64,000 nt of DNA from Synechococcus sp. (GTDB lineage: Bacteria > Cyanobacteriota > Cyanobacteriia > Thermostichales > PCC-7336), in contig JBFRWN010000075.1 in NCBI GenBank assembly GCA_051439605.1, positions 64,570 to 128,569 on the forward strand. The letters run 5' to 3'. How positions within the stretch are numbered: position 1 is the first letter of the stretch; each line of letters begins with the position of its first letter. Below are positions 13,461-23,394 of this stretch, piece by piece. The translations under genes were made by a program, and so were the position numbers. The notes under the pieces were generated by a model. It ran no database searches. It was not told the origin of the DNA and saw only the letters and a program-made list of their open reading frames with translations.

Positions 13461-13805
13461 ACTTTGGATTGTAGCATGCCAAAATTGACCCTCAGCCCTT
13501 GCCACATGAGAGATGCGGGTAGAGTATCTCCCTCCTCAAGCAAACCCCCTCCCAATTCCCTACCCCAAAGTATGAGTTGGGATAAAGCGTTCACCAGGGA
13601 GATCGCTCTCCACCACTGAAATCTCAGCATGGGTAGATGGGGTTTTCCATCCCCTCTGAGGGGATACAGGACAGAAGTTTGGCTTAAGAGAAAGTGAAAG
13701 ATTCCATCTGCCAAAGCTCTAACAGGAATCTCTTAGTTGCATTTTCAATCTCGGGATGAATAGGGATCTTGGGACGCCCTCATCGGTCATCGTTCGGCTC
13801 GGGTT

Positions 13806-14003
13806 TTAGGAAGAACTGGCAAGGGTTTCGTATAGCTTCTGCCAGTTTTCATCAGACATCATCGTCCCTGGCTTCTCAATCCCCTTCTGTTTTAAATAAG
13901 CCGCCAGTTGCCTGAAGCGGTCTTTCCAAGGCTGCTCGAAGTTAACCCCCGCCAACTGATAAACCTTCTTCCGCAGCTCTGCCTGAACTGGAGTCAGTGC
14001 CAT
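13806..14003 (-). CDS. small hypothetical protein (65 aa)
   Basis: ATG preceded by GAGGAA. Helical, protein-like composition; occupies an otherwise empty gap. Confidence 0.65.
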   Translation of the reverse strand: MALTPVQAELRKKVYQLAGVNFEQPWKDRFRQLAAYLKQKGIEKPGTMMSDENWQKLYETLASSS

Positions 14004-14534
14004 AATGTGAATTCCTCGAAAACAAAGCCTGAGTATCGCTTTGCCAACACCATAACAGATGTAGATCGACTATTTTTTAGGTCAATTTACCAGCCTTAGA
14101 ACCAACTATTGAAGTCCTTTTGAGCAACTATTCCCGATCGTTTAATCGTCTTTGTCTATAAGCATAGGCTAAAAATCTTTTCCAAATATCCTAAATGGCT
14201 ACCAATCAAAAATCCCTATTGTCAGACCGGTCACACCGACGTCTTCAAAGCGACAGAAGGAATCGTCATACCGACAGAGGCAAGTAGCGCAAGCCTGGAA
14301 AAATTTTACACGCTGCAATAGTATTTTATTAAGCCATACCCAGGCCAAGGGCATAGTATCTGCTGGTATAGCAGCGTTTCACCCTGTTTGGCCCCAGTCA
14401 CATCTGGCTGCAGACTGCATGATGAGTAAAGGCGACTCTCTTTGTAACTTCAAAAATCCCTATCCTTTAAGGAATTCAGCTCAAGCTCAGCGCAAAAGTT
14501 GTTCCAACTCAGACACCTATAGAGATTCAACACA

Positions 14535-15413
14535 ATGCAATTCTTGATTATTGGCGGAACAGAGAAAGCCGGTACAACATCTCTTTTTAATTACCTCAGC
14601 CAACATCCCCAATTATTGGGCTCTGTCAAGAAAGAAACGGATTACTTCCGCCAACAAGGTTCGCTGTCTCTTGAGGATTATCTGAAGGAATTCCCGGTGC
14701 ACTCAGGCGATCGTATTTTGTTGGAAGCCAGCCCAGGTTATCTGTCCCGAGCCGAGCAAGTGGCAGGTCAGCTTGCAGAGGTTCTGAAAAACGAATCTGT
14801 CAAACTCATCTTTATCTTGCGAGATCCAGCCGAACGGCTAGTCTCAAACTTCCGATTCCACAAAACTAAGGGCAATCTGCCCGACGATCTGTCCATTCAG
14901 GACTTTTTAGACGCGAATATTACATTTACAAAGACTGGGGAAATGACCCTGCCCGCTGTGAAGGGAGATTGGTTTTACCAGAGTTTCGAACAGGGATTTT
15001 ATGACAGGCTTTTAGCAAATTTTTACGACGTTATGCCCGAAGGCAGCATTGCAATCTACGATTTTGAAGACTTTAAAACCGCTCCCAGCCAAGTGGTTCA
15101 GGATATCTGCAAGCAAATTGGTGTGGATGCGTCGTTCTACGATGATTTCGATTTTTTCGTTTTCAACCGCACCATCAAGCCCAAATCCCGCTGGCTACAT
15201 CTGATCGGAGACAAAGTCAATTCTCTTCTAGAGCCATTCTTCAACCGCTTTCCCCAAGTGAAGCAGACAGTCAAAAACATCTACTGTGCCATTAACGAGC
15301 AGAATTCATCGGATGATGGTGAAAAACAGGCAGAAGTCGAAGCGGCTAAGCGGTCCTTCAAGCAGTACGTGTCCGTAGACTACAAGAACAAGTTCGTGCA
15401 GTTGGGCCGCTAG
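14535..15413 (+). CDS. PAPS-dependent sulfotransferase (carbohydrate/heparan-sulfate sulfotransferase-like)
   Basis: 5'-PSB loop IIGGTEKAGTTSLFNYLSQHP, KETDYF, EASPGY, 3'-PB motif ILRDPAERLVS. Confidence 0.9.
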   Translation: MQFLIIGGTEKAGTTSLFNYLSQHPQLLGSVKKETDYFRQQGSLSLEDYLKEFPVHSGDRILLEASPGYLSRAEQVAGQLAEVLKNESVKLIFILRDPAERLVSNFRFHKTKGNLPDDLSIQDFLDANITFTKTGEMTLPAVKGDWFYQSFEQGFYDRLLANFYDVMPEGSIAIYDFEDFKTAPSQVVQDICKQIGVDASFYDDFDFFVFNRTIKPKSRWLHLIGDKVNSLLEPFFNRFPQVKQTVKNIYCAINEQNSSDDGEKQAEVEAAKRSFKQYVSVDYKNKFVQLGR

Positions 15414-15488
15414 CTTAAATGACAGTTGCTAGGTCTTGATTTTAGTTTTCTGTTGGCTGGCCTGCGAATCTGTTTGCACTCCAGCCAA

Positions 15489-15998
15489 TCAATCCGGCAG
15501 TCTACTCATACCCCCATGAACTTTAGCCAGATAATCCGCTAAATTTGGCCCAGGGAACAGTTGGCCAGTAAAAACTGGAGGTGGATTTTCAACGTTCTTC
15601 TTCAGGTCTTCAAAGGTGAGGCAGTTGATGACTCCGAATTGCTCCACCGTTTGGGCAAACAGAAGCTGATGATCGTCCACATGCTCCCCATATTCCACCA
15701 GACGAGACGCAATCACGAAGCGAACATTGGACTTAGATAGCTTGAAGGTTGACCCTTGACCTGCATGAGAAATAATTAGGTCGGCGTCCACAATCAATCT
15801 CTGAAAATCTTGGGGTAGCACGGTAAACGCAGTCTGAATCCAATCGTGCTTAGAGATCGCCTCTGGCAATTCAGTGTGCCCGTGCTGAATAAACAGACCC
15901 CCTCGTTCGGTGATGAATTGTTGCTCGACTAACATCCCTATCCAATCTAATAGTCTTGGATAAGGGTAGGGACATGTTCCTAGGGTGACGAATATCAT
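15489..15998 (-). CDS. PssE/Cps14G (Alg13-like) glycosyltransferase subunit
   Basis: MIFVTLGT, FIQHG, ADLIISHAGQGS, R...GEHVDDHQL. Confidence 0.9.
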   Translation of the reverse strand: MIFVTLGTCPYPYPRLLDWIGMLVEQQFITERGGLFIQHGHTELPEAISKHDWIQTAFTVLPQDFQRLIVDADLIISHAGQGSTFKLSKSNVRFVIASRLVEYGEHVDDHQLLFAQTVEQFGVINCLTFEDLKKNVENPPPVFTGQLFPGPNLADYLAKVHGGMSRLPD

Positions 15999-16171
15999 GA
16001 ATTACCCTTAATCTAACGGTCTCTTTGCGGAAAAATGCATTCCAAAAACTTCAATCATTTTTACGTATGTGACCCCACAAAACATCAAACCTGACAATAC
16101 TAAATACACGCTACATTGGTGGGTACTTTGGCTCAAGACCTATCTTAATCACCTATTTCACATGGCCGTTT

Positions 16172-16624
16172 CTAGATCACATATCCTTCAAATCGAACCC
16201 TAGAATACTTTTTGCACAGCCCGGGATTTTGGACGTAGAACTCATCTGCGAGGTAGTAGACAACCTTACCGCTCAGACTAATGTCCTTGCTGCGGGAAAT
16301 GCTTTCAACATAAATGAATTTCGCCCCAATCAGCTTGGCCATCAAGGCAAATCCAATCGCCAAACTCGCACCGGTCGAAACTACCATGTCTGGCCTTTCC
16401 TGCCAAACAATCTTAAAGACTTGAGGCAAGTTTTTAATTAGGGCTATCCAGTCTCTCGGGGCTTGATAAGGCAACCAATACACCCGCTCGCGATCGCGAT
16501 TCAACTGTTCGGTATCGCTCTTGAAATCGCTCACCCACACCCTTTCGTGCTTCAACCAAAACCGTTTCAATCGGTACATTGTCGAAAAGTGACCTCCTGA
16601 GGTACAAGCGAGAAGCAATTTCAT
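16172..16624 (-). CDS. PssD/Cps14F (Alg14-like) glycosyltransferase subunit
   Basis: MKLLLACTSGGH (start 16624), ERPDMVVSTGA, YVESISR..SLSGK, FYVQ. Confidence 0.9.
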   Translation of the reverse strand: MKLLLACTSGGHFSTMYRLKRFWLKHERVWVSDFKSDTEQLNRDRERVYWLPYQAPRDWIALIKNLPQVFKIVWQERPDMVVSTGASLAIGFALMAKLIGAKFIYVESISRSKDISLSGKVVYYLADEFYVQNPGLCKKYSRVRFEGYVI

Positions 16625-16929
16625 CAACAGTCTCCATAGGTTGCGGAAACGAGGGGGGACACAAAAGGGCAAAGAATAATATATCGCGGCAAGGTAATAA
16701 TAAGATTCTAGAAATACTGTCTCGCAAAGATACACGAGCGTGAGATCTGTAGTTCACCTACGGGACGCTAGCCTCCCTGCTCAGTTTAGACAGCGCTCCT
16801 AAAGCTTGCCCATTCAGGGAATCCATGCCGACTTGTGGCGGAGGAATTGATACAGAAATATCCGTCTAGTCCCCTCACTCAATATCGATTATGCAGTCCT
16901 GTCTGAACTGGCAACCGTTACAACTTGCT

Positions 16930-18351
16930 TTACTCAACTGCAAGCGGTGTTCCAGTTGCATTGTTGATATCAAACTGGCCGTTTTGGGCCAAGGTGTTGC
17001 CCCGCAAACTCGGAGCTGATTCTCCAATCGCCACGATGCCACCTTGTTGATTGCGGGAGATCGTATTCTCTTTCAAAATAGGTCGAGCAGTTCCAGTCAC
17101 CAAGATGCCACTGCGATTGTCAACAATGGTGTTCCGCACAACGAACGGAGTTGCAGACTCGCTGACTGACACTCCATATCCGCTATCACTGACGGTATTG
17201 CCTTCAAAAATACCGCTGCTATCGCGGGTGAAAGATACACCGTTGCCACCGTTATCCACGAATAAATTGGCTCGTATTGTGGGTGAGGCGGTCCCGGAGG
17301 CAAATATGCCTTCGCGGGCGTTAGCGGTGAAAGTGTTATTGGAAATCGTCGCAGTCCCTGACTCCACCCAAATAGCTGTTCCACGATCGTGAACGTTGCT
17401 GAGGGTAACCCCCGAAATTCGAGCTCGATCGCCGGCCACCAACGTGACATTCTGCTCCGCCCAAAAGTGGGTAAGGTACTTCCCCCCTCCCGCGATCGTA
17501 ATATTGCTGCCGCGCCTCAGTTCATCCCCCACCAAAGAGATATCTTTCCCCACCAAAATAGGGAACTGTTCTCCCGAGACTTCGTCGTAGGTGCCCTCGC
17601 TCAGGCGTACGGTATCGCCTGGGCGGGCAGCAGCCATGGCTCGCGAGATCGTGCGGTAAGGCTGGTCTAACGTACCGAGGTTACTGTCAGACCCGCTTTC
17701 CGGATTAACATGCAAAATTGTTGGACTGGGTGAGGGGGCGACTCGATCGGAGGCGTTACTCATATCGGCACTGTCGGAGTTTGTGGCGTTAGACTCCGTA
17801 ATGCCCATGCGGACCTGCAGCACGCGACCCAAACTGTGGGAAGCTTCTAAGTTCTCTCCTTTGCGAAACGCATTTGAAGCTCGTCGGTAGGTGCGCTGGT
17901 TGGCGGTCAAATCTCCTGCTTCGCATTGCAGAAAATAATCGACGGTACGTACCAAGAGGGGATCGTCATTTGTTTCTAGGCGATCGCGGCGGGCTTCAAT
18001 CATCTCTGGGGTAGGGCGTGCAGGCAAAGCTGGCCACCAAATCCCATCCCCATCGGGACCAGATACGGCATTGAGGGGTTCTTCCCCGTTGATATTGATT
18101 AACTGGTTGCCAGCAAAAAATTCGAAGCGATCGGTAATACGGTTGTTGCTGCTAGTTTTATTGCGTTCGTAGTCCACCCGCCAGCGATAGTTGGCCCTAG
18201 CGATCGCGGCATCGCAGTGGGTCGTGGCAATTGGCTCGTTGCCAGTACCGCAGCTAGTGAATAGCAGAATCAAGGCAGATGAAGCCAATCTCGCTAGCCG
18301 CATCGGCTTGAGTTTCCTGGATCGATTCGCGACCCCCAACCCAGTTCTCAT
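16930..18351 (-). CDS. lipoprotein with DUF1565 / parallel beta-helix (pectin-lyase fold) domain
   Basis: Lipobox-like LFTSC. LHVNPESGSDSNLGT..PYRTISRA, GTY..SGEQFPI and GTAIWVES match DUF1565, followed by N-rich beta-helix repeats. Confidence 0.8.
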   Translation of the reverse strand: MRTGLGVANRSRKLKPMRLARLASSALILLFTSCGTGNEPIATTHCDAAIARANYRWRVDYERNKTSSNNRITDRFEFFAGNQLININGEEPLNAVSGPDGDGIWWPALPARPTPEMIEARRDRLETNDDPLLVRTVDYFLQCEAGDLTANQRTYRRASNAFRKGENLEASHSLGRVLQVRMGITESNATNSDSADMSNASDRVAPSPSPTILHVNPESGSDSNLGTLDQPYRTISRAMAAARPGDTVRLSEGTYDEVSGEQFPILVGKDISLVGDELRRGSNITIAGGGKYLTHFWAEQNVTLVAGDRARISGVTLSNVHDRGTAIWVESGTATISNNTFTANAREGIFASGTASPTIRANLFVDNGGNGVSFTRDSSGIFEGNTVSDSGYGVSVSESATPFVVRNTIVDNRSGILVTGTARPILKENTISRNQQGGIVAIGESAPSLRGNTLAQNGQFDINNATGTPLAVE

Positions 18352-18675
18352 GCCTCAAACTCCATAGCGAATTCTCCATTTCCTTTAGTGTCGGTTATTG
18401 CTCGGAGAGGGGGGAACGAACTTGTAGCACACTTGCCTGCTAACAGCCGCAAGTCCTGTTGTCCTATCCGGCTGTCAGCAACATCCGATCCTGCGTGGTT
18501 TTCCGTAGATCTTCATTGGCAAGTCTGGGGCATGCTCAAGCAAATCAACATCTCGAAAAACTCGAAAAACTTGCGAGTTGTTGCGAGTTGTCACACCCAG
18601 TGTCTCCACCGATACCAACAGCTAGGATCGAATTAGAGTAGAAATGTTAAAACTTCCTTAAGGCGAGGAGGAACG

Positions 18676-18885
18676 ATGACCCCTTCTACAATTCGCCAAT
18701 TCTGGAGAACGATTGACGGCCTAGACTGGTCTGGGTTACCCCGTCAAAACGACGATGAGCTTCTCCCCATCCTGCTGGCTGCGTGCAATCAGCATCCCGT
18801 CTTTTCTCAGATTGAGAGGCAGGCACTGGTTTCTTACATTTCAAGGCGGATGCCCCTAATCCGCGAAATCGCCACCTGCGGATAG
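18676..18885 (+). CDS. small conserved cyanobacterial hypothetical protein
   Basis: Strong RBS GAGGAGG. MTP..RQFW..I ... DDELL ... YI..R.PLIREIA pattern is familiar from cyanobacterial small proteins. Confidence 0.7.
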   Translation: MTPSTIRQFWRTIDGLDWSGLPRQNDDELLPILLAACNQHPVFSQIERQALVSYISRRMPLIREIATCG

Positions 18886-18963
18886 CGAGCCCCTTACTTC
18901 TGAAATTGGTGGGGGGTAGTCGACATGCCCCAGTCATTGGATTGCGCTATTGCTTTATTCTCT

Positions 18964-20550
18964 TCAGCCATCGACAGAGAGAGGGGGTTGGCCGATGGTT
19001 GTGATGTATAGCACTGCCTCGTTTTGAGGGATGCCAAGCACTTCATTGACCAAGTTATCGAAGAATCCGGCAATTCCACTGACCCCCAGCTGCAAGCGAA
19101 CCGCCGCCAGGTTTAACTTTTGCCCCAAATGCCCTGCATCCATATGGAGATAGCGGTAGCCCCGATCGCCAAAGCGCTCGATCGCCTGCCGTAAATCAGC
19201 TGTGTGTACAATCGCCACTGCTGCATCTCGGCCCAGGTTTTGCCCTAAACACAAATAATGCAGATCCTGACGAAAGGATTTAAATCGGATTTGCCGCAGT
19301 TCTTGAGCATGGGGCGCATAGTAATAACAACCATCATCGAGACCGTCAACCCCATTGGCCACTACAAATGTTTCGATTAGTGACAGGTCGAAAAAGTCAG
19401 GCTGGGGATCGAATCCTTGAGGACGGTAATGCTCTGCATGGTAGGCAAAATTCAATAGCTGCCGCAGTGCATCAACCGGGATATTCCCCCCTGTAAATTG
19501 ACGGGTGGAGCGACGGCGCAAGAAAGTGTTCGCAAGCGGCTGCAGCATATGGCCCCAGGAGATGGGAGAAATTTGCATGCCAATGCGATCGCAAAACGGG
19601 AAATTGTACTTATCTTCAGCTGCTGGTAGCTCGGTAGCTGACTCCGGGAATGGAGGAAGCTCTGTCCAAAATCGGCTTGCCGTTAAGCTCTCACCAGAAG
19701 AAGTCGGGCTCTGAGGATGGCTGGCGGAAATACGGGTGTGCTGGTGCAAATAGCTCAGCCATTCTCCCCGCTGTACCGCTTCAGTGGGGGAATCAAATTC
19801 TCCAGCGAATAACTCCCGTTCAAGGCGATATCGTTTGACTGAGGGTTGTTCGAGCAAATCCTGCAGGGGCAAAATCGCTAACGGTCCCTCTTCGCGATCG
19901 TCTAGTGAGAGTAATCGTTCGATCTCATCATCCCGAAACTCGCCGATTGAAGCGGCCCGAAATCCGGTCATATTCGCCGCCAGCTCAATATTTCCTAGCA
20001 GATGGCCACTGTCCAGGCACAGTCGTCGATAGGCCCGATCTTCGTATCGCCAAGCAGAACGAAAGAAGACTGCCGTCACGACCAAAACAACACTGGAGGT
20101 TTCAAATTGAGGATGCTGAAAGCAAGCAGAGGCTAAATCCTCCCAATGGCATTCATCCCAAAACTTGAGCAGAGAATGGTCGATTGCCTGAAAATTATAG
20201 ACCCCCGCTGCAAGTTCCTCGCGCCCTCGCGAGAGCACGTACAGTTCGGCAGGGTACAGCCCTCCAGCAGAAGGAGCAGTGCGAAAGTATACAGGGCGAT
20301 CGCTTGGCATTACAGCGGTAACGCCATAGCTGAGCTGCAGCAACCGAGATAGGCGCTGTAAAAAGCGATTGCTGGCTTCAGACTCAGCCTTCTTCAGGGT
20401 GAGGTGGGGCTTGAGCTCTAGTCGATGGCCAATTGGATACGTTTTATAGGGCTGAGGCTGCTGCGACCAATCCAATTGACGACCTTGGGTGGCAATTGTC
20501 TCTGGGTCATATTTTGTAAATTCGTGGTAAGCAGGGCTAACAAAGGGCAC
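18964..20550 (-). CDS. SagB/ThcOx-family flavin dehydrogenase with two nitroreductase-like domains
   Basis: YHEFTKY, RTAPSAGGLYPAELY, RSAWRYEDRAYR..LDSGH. Second domain RRRSTR...GDRGYRYLHMDAGHLGQ..GIAGFFD. Confidence 0.88.
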   Translation of the reverse strand: MPFVSPAYHEFTKYDPETIATQGRQLDWSQQPQPYKTYPIGHRLELKPHLTLKKAESEASNRFLQRLSRLLQLSYGVTAVMPSDRPVYFRTAPSAGGLYPAELYVLSRGREELAAGVYNFQAIDHSLLKFWDECHWEDLASACFQHPQFETSSVVLVVTAVFFRSAWRYEDRAYRRLCLDSGHLLGNIELAANMTGFRAASIGEFRDDEIERLLSLDDREEGPLAILPLQDLLEQPSVKRYRLERELFAGEFDSPTEAVQRGEWLSYLHQHTRISASHPQSPTSSGESLTASRFWTELPPFPESATELPAAEDKYNFPFCDRIGMQISPISWGHMLQPLANTFLRRRSTRQFTGGNIPVDALRQLLNFAYHAEHYRPQGFDPQPDFFDLSLIETFVVANGVDGLDDGCYYYAPHAQELRQIRFKSFRQDLHYLCLGQNLGRDAAVAIVHTADLRQAIERFGDRGYRYLHMDAGHLGQKLNLAAVRLQLGVSGIAGFFDNLVNEVLGIPQNEAVLYITTIGQPPLSVDG

Positions 20551-21120
20551 AGCTAAAAAGAGCCAATTTGACTTTATCGAGGGCAGTCTTCAATTGTGAA
20601 TCACCCTCAGCGTCTGTCAACCCATGAGTAGTCCAAAGACTGTATCCAGTCGATGGCCACAATCCCTTCGCCCTAACCAGAATCTTTCCACTCGGGAATC
20701 CAAACGGGTAGCGTTGCAGAGGGCGGTTTAAACGGAGCCAGTCATGATTACTCTTGAGATTTCAGACAGTTATCCCAAAAAACTTACGACCAAAGTTCAT
20801 CTGAGCTACGGCATATTCACGAGACACGCTAACAAGCTGTTCCTCGCGAATCATGTTGATGGTCTAGTAGCCCCAGATAGTTTGTGGAGCATTCAGCAGA
20901 CAAATTGACGACCTAGAAGATTTGGCCGGGACTGCCCTTCTTCTTCAGAGAAGTCGTCATGAATCGTTCTAGCCAATCAACCTAGAGTGCGCTCGGCCGT
21001 CAGGTGAATCTTCGGATTGATAGCGGTAAGTCGTATGGCGTGTAACGGAGATGTCCTGAGCGAATTGACAGTCACGAAATAAGATCGATCAAATTCTTTA
21101 CAAATCAGGTTTCGTTCACT

Positions 21121-21495
21121 CTATTCCTCTTCTAGACGTACAAGCCTGATGTTATGATTTTTGAGCTTAATTTCAAACTCATCTCCTGGTTCTAGGCCCA
21201 TCTCCTTGGTATAGGCAGCACCAATCAAAATATTGCCATTCTTATGCACTGAGACACGATAGGTAGGAGTTCTCCCACTAGCCCCGCCAGTCTGATTGGC
21301 ATCGAGATCGACATCTTTAGCCGCAAGAATAGCATTATAGAACTGCATCAAGTTGACCCGTTCTTGACCAGTTTTGGTCAACGTTACATAACCACATGCC
21401 TTGGCTATTTGCTTTTTAGCCGCCCCCTCCATAGAGTCTAATTTTGCAAGTAATGCCTTGCCAGTTAATAGTTTTGCCTGCTTCTTTGCTGGCAT
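21121..21495 (-). CDS. cyanobacterial AbrB-like transcription regulator (cyAbrB)
   Basis: LTGKALL..AKACGY..RVNLMQFYNAIL, then GR.PTYRVSVHKNGNILIGAAYTKEMGLEPGDEFEIKL. Start ATG 21495. Confidence 0.93.
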   Translation of the reverse strand: MPAKKQAKLLTGKALLAKLDSMEGAAKKQIAKACGYVTLTKTGQERVNLMQFYNAILAAKDVDLDANQTGGASGRTPTYRVSVHKNGNILIGAAYTKEMGLEPGDEFEIKLKNHNIRLVRLEEE

Positions 21496-21789
21496 CTTCA
21501 ATACTCTCCAACGACGAAAACGTACAATTAGTTTATCTAAACAAAATACTCGCTTGCAAGCTTTATTTTTGGAAAAGATGATAGCTGCTGCAGTCATGTC
21601 TTGGGCTTGCTTTCAACCTTTACGAGGTTAGATTCAGAGAGTTTAGCAATACCAGTATCGTCATCCCATGAGTTTTCCATCGCCACTGTAACCTGAGAGA
21701 AATTTTGACGAAGCTTTCCCATTTCTAATGATTGAAAATGCTCAAAAGCATTGCCCTACGGTGAAAATGCCAGCTGCGATCGTTCAAAG

Positions 21790-23214
21790 CTAAGCAAGAT
21801 TTTGCATGAGGTCGTCTAGCTCTTCATAAGGGGGTAAGGCTGTGTCGATTGCTTTCCCATTGCGCAAAACAACCCGATCGCCTTGATGGCGGGCCAATAA
21901 TTCGCTGTAGTTGCGCCCTCGAAACAGCACTAGGTTGGCAGGATCCCCCTCCGCGATCGCTCCGCAGTTCTGTAACTTCATCAACTGTGCCGGAGTTTCC
22001 GTCACAACTGCAGGCCAATCTCCGTAGGGCATGTCTAGATGCGCCACCTTTACTGCCCAGCCAAACACATCCATCATGTCGTGGTCCCCAAACGCGTGAA
22101 ACGGATCGCGACAGTTATCGCTGGCTACTGCGACAGGGACACCTGCAGCTCTTAACTCGTGTAGTAGGGTAACCCCTCGCCAGCGGGGGGTGGTGCCATT
22201 AGGTAACTCCAAAGGGGAGGATTGGCTAGCAGCTGCGGGTAATAGCGAACTGGATGCTGCCTGTTGGCGATCCTGCAAGTACAGATTGCATTGAGGTAAG
22301 CTGACTACCCCAATCCCAGCATCCGATACTAACTTCAAGGTTTCGCTTACCGTTGCAGGGGGCTGTACTCCCAGACTGCAGCAGTGGCCGCAGACCACTC
22401 TTGATTCGTATCCATGCTTGAGGGTAGCGCGGGCCACTGCCTGCAGCGTCAGGTCGTTTGGATTGCCACTTTCATCGACATGCAGGTCAATGTCTAAGTT
22501 CCGGTTATTGGCCAACTCGAACAGGCGATCGCAGGCTGCCTCCAAGTTCGATCCCATCAGCGGTACACCCCCCATAACTCCCCCTGATTCAGCAATCAAA
22601 TCCGCCAGAGCTTCCCCCTCTGCTGTCAGATACAGCTCTAGCGGATGAATTGAAACCGCCTGTAATTCTATTCGCCCCTGCCATTCCTGCCGCAGTTGGC
22701 GGAAGACCCCCCAGCTTGTATCTGACTGTTCCTGAAACGAATCGAGATGGGTGCGAACGGCACAGGTTCCGTGGGCATAGCTGCACTTGAGGCCAAATTC
22801 CATCCGCCGATACAGATCTTCCGCATGCCAATGGCGAACGCGATCGGCACGGGCGCGATCGAGGGCAGTTTCAAACGTGCCATCTGGGTTGGGGGTACGA
22901 GGTAAGATGTGCCCTTTATCGAGATGGGTATGAATATCCGCAAAGCAAGGCCACACCTGTCCTCCTCGCAGATCGACCACTGGACTATCGCCCTCGGGGT
23001 GGTGAGATTGCTTAGTCGCATCTAAGCGATGGGCCTGCACCGCTGCAATACATCCATCGGCTATCTTGAGATCGACCAGTGCCAAACCTTGGGGCGTTTT
23101 CTCAAGAGATTGGAGATCCCCATTTACAAGATTTGGACTTGCAAGCAATGTTGCAGGAACTCTGGCCCGCTGCAACCAAAACGATGCTGTGTCGGGAATT
23201 TCAATCCAACCCAT
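21790..23214 (-). CDS. codA: cytosine deaminase (amidohydrolase family)
   Basis: DIHTHLDKGH, AHGTCAVRTHLD, DLHVDES, GHCCSL, SLPQCNLYLQDR, TPRWRGVT, SDNCRDPF. Confidence 0.88.
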   Translation of the reverse strand: MGWIEIPDTASFWLQRARVPATLLASPNLVNGDLQSLEKTPQGLALVDLKIADGCIAAVQAHRLDATKQSHHPEGDSPVVDLRGGQVWPCFADIHTHLDKGHILPRTPNPDGTFETALDRARADRVRHWHAEDLYRRMEFGLKCSYAHGTCAVRTHLDSFQEQSDTSWGVFRQLRQEWQGRIELQAVSIHPLELYLTAEGEALADLIAESGGVMGGVPLMGSNLEAACDRLFELANNRNLDIDLHVDESGNPNDLTLQAVARATLKHGYESRVVCGHCCSLGVQPPATVSETLKLVSDAGIGVVSLPQCNLYLQDRQQAASSSLLPAAASQSSPLELPNGTTPRWRGVTLLHELRAAGVPVAVASDNCRDPFHAFGDHDMMDVFGWAVKVAHLDMPYGDWPAVVTETPAQLMKLQNCGAIAEGDPANLVLFRGRNYSELLARHQGDRVVLRNGKAIDTALPPYEELDDLMQNLA

Positions 23215-23394
23215 TGGTCTGCTTTCCTAGGAATCTAAAATTCATACCGATCCCGGCTGGCAATCCGCAGACTGATGGCTAGGATATGGCCTATTCACTG
23301 TTGTTAGTTAACTCAATTCCATCAAGTTGAGCTGGGCCTTACCCTGAATGAGTCAGGTGCTAATTCCGGTGAAAACAGCCTTGGAGTAAAGGGC

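Noticed and set aside
13240..13740. Cobalamin or NiCo riboswitch upstream of cbiX
   Set aside because: No B12-box or GGGAA..GGTG.AA.TCC core on the minus strand. The structure fits 6S RNA better.
18676..20550. RiPP (azole) cluster around the SagB/ThcOx gene
   Set aside because: No YcaO, E1-like protein or Cys/Ser/Thr-rich precursor nearby. The small neighbour is convergent and helical.
20551..21120. Gene or RNA in the 570-bp gap
   Set aside because: Only a 54-codon ORF without recognisable features, and no convincing RNA motif.
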